From Planctomycetota bacterium (GTDB lineage: Bacteria; Planctomycetota; GCA-002687715; CAIWVZ01): a stretch of 64,000 nt of DNA. Both the position numbers and the translations under genes were made by a program. Positions 28,614 through 37,773 of this stretch are shown piece by piece. Position 1 is the stretch's first letter. The number at the start of each line of letters is the position of its first letter. The notes beneath the pieces are model-generated. The model saw only the letters and a list, made by a program, of their open reading frames with translations, made no database searches and was not told where the DNA came from. Location of the stretch: contig JBGANV010000007.1 of NCBI GenBank assembly GCA_044222185.1, positions 128,001 to 192,000 on the forward strand, given 5' to 3'.

Positions 28614-29666
28614 TCATTTTCGAAGCTTCGCAGGGCGTGCCGTTTTCACCATGAATCCCACGAGCTTGTAGAGGATTCGCGCCCCGACGTTGGCGTCCCA
28701 TTCGCCGTCCTGGCCCGGCGTGACCTCGCAGAGATCGAAGCCGACGATCGTTCGGCCAGACCGCACGACGGCATCGAGCAGGAACACCGCCTCCTGGAAC
28801 GAAAGCCCGCCGGGGACGGGCGTGCCCGTACTGGGGCAGAGCGTGGGATCGAGACCGTCGATGTCGAACGAGACGTAGACGAGCCGCGGCAATTCGCGAA
28901 CGATGCGTCGCACCACGGACGAGAACGCCTCGCCGCCGAAGCGGCTGTGCGCGACGTCGCGGTCGAAGAACGTCTTCACTCGGCTCGCCCGCGCGCGGAT
29001 GAACTCGAACTCCTGCTCGCAGAAGTCCCGAATGCCGACTTGGACGATGCGCTTGACGCCGTCGATCCGCTCGTGAACGTTGTGCATGATCGACGCGTGC
29101 GACCACGTGAAGCCTTCGTAGGCCACGCGCAGGTCCGCGTGAGCGTCGACGTGGAGGATGCCCATGCCTGGGTGACGTTCGGCGAACGCGCGGATGGCAC
29201 CGAACGGCACGGAGTGATCGCCGCCGACGACGCCGACGAGGCGGCCTTCGTCCAAGGCGCGCACGGTCTCTTCGTAGACGATCTCGTTGATCTGGTCGCC
29301 CGCCGCGTTGACGGCAGCGAGCGCTCGTCTCGCTGCAGCATCGTCGTCGACGACACCGCCCGTGGCGATGATCGTCTGTGCCGCCTTCTTCGCCGACTTG
29401 TTCAGGCGCGCGACCGCAGGCACGGCGTCGAGCATCACGATGCCCGCCTCGTACGGTTTGCCCGTGTCGACGTCCAACAGGTCGACCTGCGCACTCGCCG
29501 CCAGGATCGCCGCCGGGCCTCCGGCTGTGCCGCCGCCATAGGACGTCGTCGCCTCGAAGGGGACGGGGATCAGATGCACTCGGGCTTCGTCCTGCGTGAA
29601 GGGGAGGCCGAAGATGCCCGCACCTTCGGGTGCCGCCGCATTGGGATCGAACGGGCGCGTGGTCAT
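28614..29666 (-). CDS. speB: Agmatinase/arginase family ureohydrolase
   Basis: GGDHS, HVDAHADLR, SHAS, VGIRD, SFDIDGLDP, TGTPVPGGL. Confidence 0.9.
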   Translation of the reverse strand: MTTRPFDPNAAAPEGAGIFGLPFTQDEARVHLIPVPFEATTSYGGGTAGGPAAILAASAQVDLLDVDTGKPYEAGIVMLDAVPAVARLNKSAKKAAQTIIATGGVVDDDAAARRALAAVNAAGDQINEIVYEETVRALDEGRLVGVVGGDHSVPFGAIRAFAERHPGMGILHVDAHADLRVAYEGFTWSHASIMHNVHERIDGVKRIVQVGIRDFCEQEFEFIRARASRVKTFFDRDVAHSRFGGEAFSSVVRRIVRELPRLVYVSFDIDGLDPTLCPSTGTPVPGGLSFQEAVFLLDAVVRSGRTIVGFDLCEVTPGQDGEWDANVGARILYKLVGFMVKTARPAKLRK

Positions 29667-29747
29667 GGCGCGAGTGTTAGCGCCACCACTCCGCGGACCA
29701 AGTCGAGCCGATCCACCCGTCGCGCGCTCCTGTAGAATCCCGCCGCC

Positions 29748-30887
29748 GTGGTGAATCCAGCCGAAGCTTCCGTCCGCTCCGTGGCATTCCGCTCGCGCGC
29801 TCTCGACGTGTTTCGCGGGGGCACGATCGCCGCCATGACGCTCGTCAACAACCCGGGAAGCTGGAGCGCGGGCCATCAGTACGCACCGTTGACCCACGCC
29901 GAATGGCACGGGTGGACTCCGACGGATCTCGTGTTCCCGTTCTTCGTGTTCATCGTGGGCGTCGCCATGGCGTTCTCGCTGGCCCCGCGCGATGGAGCGA
30001 GCGGGTCGGCTGGTGTCGGCGCGAAGATCGCTCGGCGCGCGATCGTGATCTTCGCGCTCGGGTTGTGGCTCTCGTTCTTCCTCAAGTGGGACTTCACGAC
30101 GATCCGCATACCCGGCGTCCTTCAGCGGATCGCGCTCTGCTACCTCTGTGCGGCTCCGTTCGCGCTGCGCGCGTCGTCCCGTGTCGTCGCCCTGTCGGCG
30201 GCTGGATTGTTGGTCGCGCACACGCTCCTCCTCACGCTCGTCCCCGTGCCCGGCTTCGGCGAGGCGAGCCTCGAACCCGAGAGGAACCTGGGAGCGTGGA
30301 TCGACCGGCTGGTGTTTCATCGCCACCTGTACAAGGGGACGTGGGATCCCGAAGGTCTGCTCGGCACGCTCACGGGGACGGCCACGGCGCTCACGGGGTT
30401 GCTCGCGGGGCGATGGATCCGGTCGGGCGCGACGCTCGAGCGCAAGATGGGCGCGCTGTTCGTCACGGGAGTGATCGGGTTCGCCGCCGGCCTCGCTGCC
30501 GATCGTGTGATCCCCATCAACAAGCCGCTGTGGACCGGCAGCTACGTGCTGGTCACGAGCGGGCTCGCCGCGACTGCACTCGCGTTCACGATCGCACTTT
30601 GCGATTGGCGTCCCCTCCCGTCGTGGATGACCGAGCCATTCGTGGCATTCGGGCGCAATGCGATCCTCCTCTTCGTGCTCGAAGGGATGATCGGCCGGCT
30701 CCTTGGAACCCTGAAGGTGAGCGGCGCAAGCGGCCCCGTCACGATCAAGTCGTGGATCTACGGGCATTGGTTCACGCCGTTCGCGATTCCGATCAACGCA
30801 TCGCTTCTCTATGCGCTCGCGAACGTCGTGCTGTTTGGAGTCGTGGCGGTGACATTGCACCGGCGCCGGCTCTATCTGAAGGTCTGA
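29748..30887 (+). CDS. Heparan-alpha-glucosaminide N-acetyltransferase-like membrane protein (DUF5009-like)
   Basis: LDVFRG, LVNNPG, HAEWHGWTPTDLVFPFF, PGVLQRIA, DPEGLLG, PINKPLWTGSY. Confidence 0.92.
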   Translation: MVNPAEASVRSVAFRSRALDVFRGGTIAAMTLVNNPGSWSAGHQYAPLTHAEWHGWTPTDLVFPFFVFIVGVAMAFSLAPRDGASGSAGVGAKIARRAIVIFALGLWLSFFLKWDFTTIRIPGVLQRIALCYLCAAPFALRASSRVVALSAAGLLVAHTLLLTLVPVPGFGEASLEPERNLGAWIDRLVFHRHLYKGTWDPEGLLGTLTGTATALTGLLAGRWIRSGATLERKMGALFVTGVIGFAAGLAADRVIPINKPLWTGSYVLVTSGLAATALAFTIALCDWRPLPSWMTEPFVAFGRNAILLFVLEGMIGRLLGTLKVSGASGPVTIKSWIYGHWFTPFAIPINASLLYALANVVLFGVVAVTLHRRRLYLKV

Positions 30888-30948
30888 GGGCCCGACGCAC
30901 GGGCCCACCGATCACGCGACGGCGCGGCGGATGCGGCGGGGTGAAAGA

Positions 30949-30994
30949 CGACCGACCGCAGAGCAGTGCTTGCGCATCGGCCTGCGGTCGGTCG
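30949..30994. terminator. 13-bp perfect stem-loop between convergent genes
   Basis: CGACCGACCGCAG (30949-30961) / CTGCGGTCGGTCG (30982-30994); followed by TCTTTC on minus strand. Confidence 0.55.
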
Positions 30995-31069
30995 GTGCTG
31001 CCGGCAAGGGCGCGGCGGCAGTCATCTTCGATTGGGGGTCGGTCGGGAGCTTTCTTCCAAACCGGCCGC

Positions 31070-31099
31070 ATTCCACGGATTGCCCCCCAGGCAAGTCAA
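31070..31099 (-). promoter_or_regulatory. Sigma70-like promoter with no adjacent downstream gene
   Basis: TTGACT (31099-31094), 18-nt spacer, TGGAAT (31075-31070) on minus strand. Confidence 0.4.
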
Positions 31100-31242
31100 C
31101 GTCATTTCTGCGTTCGTGTCCGACTGCATCGGGATGCGACCGAGAGAGCGACGAGGCCGGCGAAATCGATCGTCCGCGGCAGGTTCGACGGCTGTTTGGG
31201 TTTTCGCGTTTTGGTCCGCGTTCGCGGCCGCCGTTCGGGGGA

Positions 31243-32082
31243 TCAGGCCCGATCGGGGTCGTACGGCGTCCCGCGGAGATCGCCGGGGTCGAACTCGCTG
31301 CCGGTGACGAGCGCCGCCGCGGTGAGCACGTCGGCGCCGGTATCCGTCACCAGGATCGTGTGTTCGAACTGGGCGGACAGACTTCCGTCAGCCGTCACGG
31401 CCGTCCACCGGTCCTTCATGAGTTTCGTCTTCCAACCTCCGGCGTTGATCATGGGTTCGACCGTGAACGTCATGCCGGGGCGCATCTTCGCTCCCGCACC
31501 ACGGGTGCCGTAATGCGGAACGTTGGGCGCGCAATGGAAGATCCGGTGGATTCCGTGACCGCAGTACTCCCGAACGACTGAGAATCCGAGCGGCTCGACG
31601 AACTCCTGGATCGCGGCCCCGATGTCTCCGATGTGCTTGCCGGGCCCGACTTCGGCCAATCCGCGATCGAGCGCCAGCCGAGTGGTCTCGACGAGCTTCC
31701 GCACCTCCGGCCGGACCTTCGTTCCGACGATGAACGTTGCCGAGGTGTCGCCATGGAAGCCATCCAGCTTGGGCGTGACGTCGAGGTTGACGATGTCCCC
31801 CTCACGCAGGACTTCCTTGGCGCTCGGGATGCCATGGCAGACCACCTCGTTGATGCTCGTGCACATGCTCTTCGGGAATCCGCGGTAGCCGAGCGGCGCG
31901 GAGATGCCACCGTGGTCGCGCGTCCATTTTTCCGCCACCTGGTTGATCTGGAGGGTGGAGATTCCGGGGCGCACCCACTTGCCGACGACCTGGAGAAGCG
32001 CCGCCGCCATGATGCCAGCGCGGCGCATTCCCGCTATTGCGGCGGGGCTGTTGATCTCGATCGGTTCGTCGTCCCGGCTCAT
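31243..32082 (-). CDS. map: Type I methionine aminopeptidase
   Basis: GFPKSMCTSINEVVCHGIP, GDIVNLDV, GDTSATF, YCGHGI, FTVEPMIN, SAQFEHTILVT. Confidence 0.96.
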   Translation of the reverse strand: MSRDDEPIEINSPAAIAGMRRAGIMAAALLQVVGKWVRPGISTLQINQVAEKWTRDHGGISAPLGYRGFPKSMCTSINEVVCHGIPSAKEVLREGDIVNLDVTPKLDGFHGDTSATFIVGTKVRPEVRKLVETTRLALDRGLAEVGPGKHIGDIGAAIQEFVEPLGFSVVREYCGHGIHRIFHCAPNVPHYGTRGAGAKMRPGMTFTVEPMINAGGWKTKLMKDRWTAVTADGSLSAQFEHTILVTDTGADVLTAAALVTGSEFDPGDLRGTPYDPDRA

Positions 32083-32196
32083 CGTCGTCGTCTGCGAGGG
32101 ACGGGACTTTATGCGAGTCGCGGTTCGAGGCGCAAGGTGCGACCGGATCCTCATCGGCATGGCGCGCCCTCGATGTGAGGTGCCCGGCCGGGAAGA

Positions 32197-33147
32197 ATGA
32201 CCGCCATGAAGACCCGAGCGAGAGCCGTCCGCGCCTCGAAACGCCCTCCGACGATCCTCTGTGCGGTGGATTTCGGGCCCGTTTCACGGGATGTGATCCG
32301 CGAAGGCGCGCGGGTGGCCGCTCAGCAAGGGCTCGCCATCCGCGTGGTGCACGTTCAGGAGCCCGTTTCGGCGTTGGTCCGGAATGGCCTGGGTGCGAAG
32401 GGCGCGCGGGAATTCGACCGGGTCCGCATGGAGTCCAGCATGTCGCACCTGGCCGACCTGATCGAGCCGCTCCGCTCAGCGGGTGTCGCGGTCAGCGTCA
32501 CGGTGCGCGATGGCAACGCGGCGGAGCAGATCGTGGAGGAGGCCGCAGAGCGCCGCGCACGGATGATCGTCTGCGGAAGCTCGCGGCCGGCCCGCCGCGC
32601 GCTGTTCGTGGTCGGCACGACACCGGCGCGGCTGGTCCGGCACAGTGCGGTGCCCGTGTTCGTCGTCGTCCCTTCGCTCGTGAATCGCTTTCGCCGCGTC
32701 CTGGTCCCGACCGACCTCGACGTGAGCGACCGGACGGCGCTTCGTCTGGGGTGCGAGCTGGCACGTTCCGACGGCGCGCGCGTGACCGTCATGCACGCCT
32801 ACGAACGGCCGTCGCTCCTGCACTCGTATCTGGGCGACACCCACGAGCTGCGGAGCAGGCTCCAGGACACGGCCCGTGACGGTCTCGAGGCGTTCGTCCG
32901 AAAGGCCGGGCTCCCGAAGGGTGGTGTCGCGCCCCACCGCCTCGTTCTCTCCAACGACGACGAACTGCACGTGGCGGATTCCATCGTCCGCACGGCGCGT
33001 GCACTCAAAGTCGACCTGATCGTGATGGCGCTCGGCCGCCTCGGATTCCTCAAGCGCGAGATCATCGGCGACGTCGCCGAGCGCGTGCTCTGCGACCTTC
33101 CCTGCAGCCTTCTCGCCTTGCCCACCGCCTGGGCCGAGGCGCACTGA
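32197..33147 (+). CDS. Universal stress protein (tandem USP domains)
   Basis: ILCAVDF...VVHV; RVLVPTDL...VMHAY; DLIVMA...IGDVAERVLCDLPCSLLAL. Confidence 0.88.
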   Translation: MTAMKTRARAVRASKRPPTILCAVDFGPVSRDVIREGARVAAQQGLAIRVVHVQEPVSALVRNGLGAKGAREFDRVRMESSMSHLADLIEPLRSAGVAVSVTVRDGNAAEQIVEEAAERRARMIVCGSSRPARRALFVVGTTPARLVRHSAVPVFVVVPSLVNRFRRVLVPTDLDVSDRTALRLGCELARSDGARVTVMHAYERPSLLHSYLGDTHELRSRLQDTARDGLEAFVRKAGLPKGGVAPHRLVLSNDDELHVADSIVRTARALKVDLIVMALGRLGFLKREIIGDVAERVLCDLPCSLLALPTAWAEAH

Positions 33148-33155
33148 GCCAATCG

Positions 33156-35891
33156 ATGACTTCACGAGTCCTGATCCCGTTCGAGAAGTACCGGTTGGAC
33201 AACGGCCTCACCGTGATCCTCCACGAGGACCATCGGTTGCCGCTCTGCGCCGTGAACCTGTGGTACCACGTCGGTGCCAAGGACGAGCCGCGGGGGCGAT
33301 CGGGCTTCGCGCACCTGTTCGAGCACCTGATGTTCATGGGGACGCATCGTGCGCCGCGGGGTGAGTTCGACCGGATCATGGAGTCGGGAGGCGGCGCGAA
33401 CAACGCGACGACGAGCGCCGATCGAACGAACTACTTCTCGTGGGGGCCGCAGTCGCTTCTGCCCACGTTGCTCTGGCTCGAGGCCGATCGCCTCGAACAT
33501 CTGGGGCACGCCATGACCCAGGAGAAGCTCGATCTCCAACGGGCCGTCGTTCGCAACGAGCGTCGCCAGTCCTACGAGAACGAGCCCTACGGAATGGCCG
33601 ATCTCGCCGTCGACGGCCTGATGTATCCCGACGGGCACCCCTACCAGATCCCCGTCATCGGCACGCACGAAGATCTCGTCGCCGCCACGGTGCAGGACGT
33701 GAAGGACTTCTTCGCGACCTATTACTGCCCGAACAACGGCACTCTCGTGGTCGCGGGTGACTTCGATCCCGCGTCGACGAAGAAGATGATCGCCGACTGG
33801 TTCGGAACTCTTCCGAGACGCGCCGATCCGACTCATCGCACGGCATCACCGGTGAGGTTGCCGGCGCCGAAGTTCCAGGTGATGCACGACCCGCACGTGG
33901 AGTTCTCCCGCGTGTCGTTCATCTGGCACAGTCCGCCGGGCTTCGCACCCGGCGACGCCGAGTGCGACCTCCTCGCGAAGATCCTGACCGACGGGCTGAC
34001 GAGCCGCTTGCACAAGCGCTTGATCTACGACGAAACGCTGGCGCAGTCCGTGTCGGCGTACCAACAGTCCCAGCAACTCGGGTCCATGTTCCGCATCGAC
34101 GTCGTCGCGCAGGATGACGTGGCCCTCGAGCGGATCGAGGCTGCCGTCGACGCCGAGCTCGACCGGATCCGGACCGACGGGCCGACGGAGCCCGAGCTCA
34201 CCCGAGTCCAGAACCAACTGGAGACCGAGGCCGTCGTCGCCTTGCAGCGCCTGCTCGAGCGCGCGGATCGCCTGAACTTCTACGACGCTCAGCTCGGCGA
34301 TCCGAACGGGTTCGACCGCGATTTCCAGCGATATCGCGACGCGACGCCCGCGACCGTGCGCGATTGGGCTCGGCAGGTCCTCGACCCGAGCTTGCGGCTG
34401 CGGCTGCACGTCCACCCCCGCGACGAAATCTCCTCGAACGGCGACGCCGACGTCACGGAGACCGAGGCGATGGAGGCGGCGATCGCCGAGCCCGAGTGGA
34501 CTCCGGCGATCGCGACGCCGCGCGACCGCCGCCCATCGGATCTCCCAGCGGCGCCGTTCGCACCGGCGACGCCGACGGGCTTCCGGATCGCCACGGGCGT
34601 CTGGTGTCTCCTCCACGAGCGTCATGATCTGCCCCTCGTGCGCATCCTCTTCCGGTTCGATGGGGGGGCGCTGCACGATCCCCCGGAGAAGGCGGGACTG
34701 GCCGACCTCACGGCACAACTCCTCCGCGAGGGAGCAAAGGACCTGCGGGCCCTGGATTTCAGCTTTGCCGTCGACCGTCTCGGTGCGTCGTTCGACACGG
34801 GCGCCGATCACGACTCCGTCCTCGCGCAGCTCATCGTTCTCAGCAGCAATCTGAAGCCCGCCCTCGCGCTCGCGCTCGACGCGCTCGAGAGTCCGCGGTT
34901 CGACGAGGACGCGTTCCGCCGCATCAAGACCCAGGCGCTCGGCGCGCTGAAGCAGCGGTCCGAGCAGCCCGGGCTCGTCGCGCGGGTCGTCTCGAATGCC
35001 GCCGTTTGTGGTGAGGGCCATCCGATCGGCCGACCCACGGACGGACATCCGTCGACTCTCGCCGCGTTGACCCTCGACGACGTCAAGGCGTTCTGGAAGG
35101 CGCAGGTCTGTCGGCGCATCCAGGTGCTCGTGGCGGGGGAGATCACGAAGGGCGACGTGCTGGACTTGATGAAAGTCCGCATGAGCGCGTTTCCGGCCGT
35201 CGACGACGACGAGAACTCGGCCGGCACGGCGCCGGTCGCGCGCGCGGAGTCCATGCGGGTGCTGCTCGTGGATCGGCCCGGTGCGCCGCAAACCGTGATC
35301 CGCTTCGTCTGGCCGGGGATCGCACATCGGGACGAGGATCGGCTCGCGCTCGCTCTCGCGACGACCGTGTTCGGCGGGAGCTTCACGTCGCGGCTCAATC
35401 AGAACCTGCGAGAGGCCCACGGTTACACCTACGGGGCCCGGGCGGGCATCGAGTATCACCCGGGTGCGGAGGATCCGCGGAACGGGCCGTCGCTTCTTTC
35501 GTCGTCGTCATCCGTGCACGCGCAGGTCACGGGAGCGAGCGTGCGCGAGTTCCTGGCCGAGTTCGCGCGGATGCGCCTGGGAGACATCAGCGGCGACGAA
35601 GTGGAGAAGGCGCGGTCGACGCTTCGCAACATCCGCGTTCACGCGAGCGAGTCGCTCGACGGCCTCGTGTCGGAGCTGGATGGCCTCGTGACGTTCGACC
35701 TTCCGCTCGATCACCAGGTGCACGATCTGGCGCGACTCGAGGGCGTCACCGTCGAGCAGGTGAACGCCGTCGCGCGCCGGGTCCTGCATCCGTCTGGCGG
35801 CGTCCTGGTCCTCGTGGGGGACGCCGCGCAGATCGAGCCACAGCTCGCAGGAATGGACCTGCCGAAACCGCAGCGTGCCGAGCTGCCCTGA
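33156..35891 (+). CDS. M16 family (pitrilysin-like) zinc peptidase
   Basis: LDNGLTVIL, SGFAHLFEHLMF (HxxEH), NATTSADRTNY, VVRNERRQ; second half SRLNQNLREAHGYTYG. Confidence 0.95.
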   Translation: MTSRVLIPFEKYRLDNGLTVILHEDHRLPLCAVNLWYHVGAKDEPRGRSGFAHLFEHLMFMGTHRAPRGEFDRIMESGGGANNATTSADRTNYFSWGPQSLLPTLLWLEADRLEHLGHAMTQEKLDLQRAVVRNERRQSYENEPYGMADLAVDGLMYPDGHPYQIPVIGTHEDLVAATVQDVKDFFATYYCPNNGTLVVAGDFDPASTKKMIADWFGTLPRRADPTHRTASPVRLPAPKFQVMHDPHVEFSRVSFIWHSPPGFAPGDAECDLLAKILTDGLTSRLHKRLIYDETLAQSVSAYQQSQQLGSMFRIDVVAQDDVALERIEAAVDAELDRIRTDGPTEPELTRVQNQLETEAVVALQRLLERADRLNFYDAQLGDPNGFDRDFQRYRDATPATVRDWARQVLDPSLRLRLHVHPRDEISSNGDADVTETEAMEAAIAEPEWTPAIATPRDRRPSDLPAAPFAPATPTGFRIATGVWCLLHERHDLPLVRILFRFDGGALHDPPEKAGLADLTAQLLREGAKDLRALDFSFAVDRLGASFDTGADHDSVLAQLIVLSSNLKPALALALDALESPRFDEDAFRRIKTQALGALKQRSEQPGLVARVVSNAAVCGEGHPIGRPTDGHPSTLAALTLDDVKAFWKAQVCRRIQVLVAGEITKGDVLDLMKVRMSAFPAVDDDENSAGTAPVARAESMRVLLVDRPGAPQTVIRFVWPGIAHRDEDRLALALATTVFGGSFTSRLNQNLREAHGYTYGARAGIEYHPGAEDPRNGPSLLSSSSSVHAQVTGASVREFLAEFARMRLGDISGDEVEKARSTLRNIRVHASESLDGLVSELDGLVTFDLPLDHQVHDLARLEGVTVEQVNAVARRVLHPSGGVLVLVGDAAQIEPQLAGMDLPKPQRAELP

Positions 35892-35905
35892 ATCCGCGCT
35901 TCGGT

Positions 35906-35942
35906 GGCGCCGGCACTCACCGCCGTGGCGGGGGCCGGCGCC
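35906..35942. terminator. GC-rich stem-loop between convergent genes
   Basis: GGCGCCGGC (35906-35914) / GCCGGCGCC (35934-35942); no U-tract. Confidence 0.4.
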
Positions 35943-35954
35943 CGCCGGCGGATC

Positions 35955-37718
35955 TCACAACCCGTACCAGACGTAGTTGTTGCCGACGGGCACGAAGTCC
36001 AGTCGGACCAGACCCGTCGCCAGCGTGCCCTGCGTCCCCACGCGGTAGATCATGTCCGTGGCATTCGGCGGCGCGAACGGCCCACCGAGGGCGAAGGCCG
36101 CCTGGCCGGGATCCGTGGCCGGCCCGAGGACGCCCGGGCTCATGCCGAGGAACTGCTGTCCCGTGCCAGTCGGAATCGTGTTGAGCCCGTCGATGGACAC
36201 GGTGCCCAGGATGCCGTCGAACTGCACCGCGAACGTCACCGGGTTCGTCGTGCCGAAGTACGGCACGGCGTTGTAGGACACGCGCACGATTCCGGGCGTC
36301 GGCGTCGAGATCGTGATGTTGCCGCTCGTCGCCGGGTTGAGGTCGCACCACGCACCGGCGAACGCGTAGCTCGTGAGCGCAGCTGCGGCCGACGGCGTGA
36401 ACGACGTGTTCGGCGTAGGTGCTCCGAACATCACGCGGCCGTTCGAGATCACGTCGAACTGCGTGTAGTTCACGCCGTAGAACGGGATCGTCGTCGGCGC
36501 GCCGCACAGCGCAGGATTCGACAACTGGACCGTGACGGCCGTGTCGTCACCCGTCGGGCCGGCGATCGTGGTGGCGCCAGCGGCGACGTGCAACTCGTTG
36601 ACGCCACTGAGCACGATCCCGTCGAGTGACGATGGGGCGACGACGAACATCTGCGCCGTGACGTCGAAGTTCGCGGGGATCGAGAGCGGGATCGTCAGCG
36701 GTACGAACGGCGTCGTCAGCGTCAGTCCGTTGAGGAAGCTCACGGTCGGATCGCTCAAGTTGATGTTCACCGCCTGGCCGGCGGCCGTGTAGAAGCCGCC
36801 GTTGATCGCGGAGACGGACGGGCCGGCCGTGACGGCCATGTCCCAAGGGAAGCCGACGTTCGTGCTGCTCGTGCTCACCGTGGCCGCTGCGGCCGTGCAC
36901 GCGGTGTAGGTCTTGTTCACGATCGCAGCCGAGAAGCCGTCGCCTTGGACGCCATCGACGTCCATGCTTGCGACTGGCGAGTTCGTCTGGAAGGGCGGCG
37001 CGCCCGTGCTGAGCGGTACGGCCGAAGGTCCGAAGGAGACGGAGCCGACCTGGGCGCCGTGGTTGCCTCCGGTCGTATCGGCGAAGTTGCCGTTCAGGTG
37101 CCAGCACGACACGAGGTTCGGCTGGCCGTCCATCTCCCAGGTCATGCCGCCCAGGATCTGGGTCGCGGTGCGCTCCGTCGACCAGATACGGAGCTCGTCG
37201 ATGCTGCCGTTCCACTCCTCGCCGCCTCCGGTGATCGCGTCGCCTTCGCCGACGCGGACGTCACCGCCGTTGTCGGTGAGGGCGCCGTTGCCCGTCGCCG
37301 TCGCGACCTGGACGCCGTTGATGTACAGGCGCGAGGTCGTTCCGTTCCACGTTCCTGCGACGTGCGTCCACACGCCCGTCGGGAACGCCGCGGGTGCGGT
37401 CGCAGTCACCGACGCGCCGCCCGGCAACCGCACCTTCCATGCGAGACGGCCGTTCCCCTGTGACACGCGCAGGAAGTACACCTCCTGACCGGCGAGCACG
37501 TTCTTGCGGATGATCGTCGGGTAGACGCCGGCGGGCGCGAGGTTCATCGCGTTGAAGAAGACCCACGCCTCGATCGTTATGTTCGCAGGGGCGAGCGACG
37601 CGTTCGTCGTCACGTTCATATACCCGGTCGTCGGGTTCACGGTGTTGATGCACTGGTTCTGCCCGAAGGCGGTCGGAAGAAGCGCCAGGGCGACTGCGGC
37701 AACTGTGGTCTTTCTCAT
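35955..37718 (-). CDS. Secreted LamG-like domain protein with shared ~100-aa domain and NIDO-like C-domain
   Basis: Signal peptide; ITIEAWV, WTHVAGTWNG..LYING, GSIDELRIW; DD..PFYG..ISNG..F..AWCDL. Confidence 0.85.
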   Translation of the reverse strand: MRKTTVAAVALALLPTAFGQNQCINTVNPTTGYMNVTTNASLAPANITIEAWVFFNAMNLAPAGVYPTIIRKNVLAGQEVYFLRVSQGNGRLAWKVRLPGGASVTATAPAAFPTGVWTHVAGTWNGTTSRLYINGVQVATATGNGALTDNGGDVRVGEGDAITGGGEEWNGSIDELRIWSTERTATQILGGMTWEMDGQPNLVSCWHLNGNFADTTGGNHGAQVGSVSFGPSAVPLSTGAPPFQTNSPVASMDVDGVQGDGFSAAIVNKTYTACTAAAATVSTSSTNVGFPWDMAVTAGPSVSAINGGFYTAAGQAVNINLSDPTVSFLNGLTLTTPFVPLTIPLSIPANFDVTAQMFVVAPSSLDGIVLSGVNELHVAAGATTIAGPTGDDTAVTVQLSNPALCGAPTTIPFYGVNYTQFDVISNGRVMFGAPTPNTSFTPSAAAALTSYAFAGAWCDLNPATSGNITISTPTPGIVRVSYNAVPYFGTTNPVTFAVQFDGILGTVSIDGLNTIPTGTGQQFLGMSPGVLGPATDPGQAAFALGGPFAPPNATDMIYRVGTQGTLATGLVRLDFVPVGNNYVWYGL

Positions 37719-37773
37719 GGAGACTCCCGTCGGGCCGACGCGATGTCGGCGGTGGTGAGATACGGCGGAGAGT

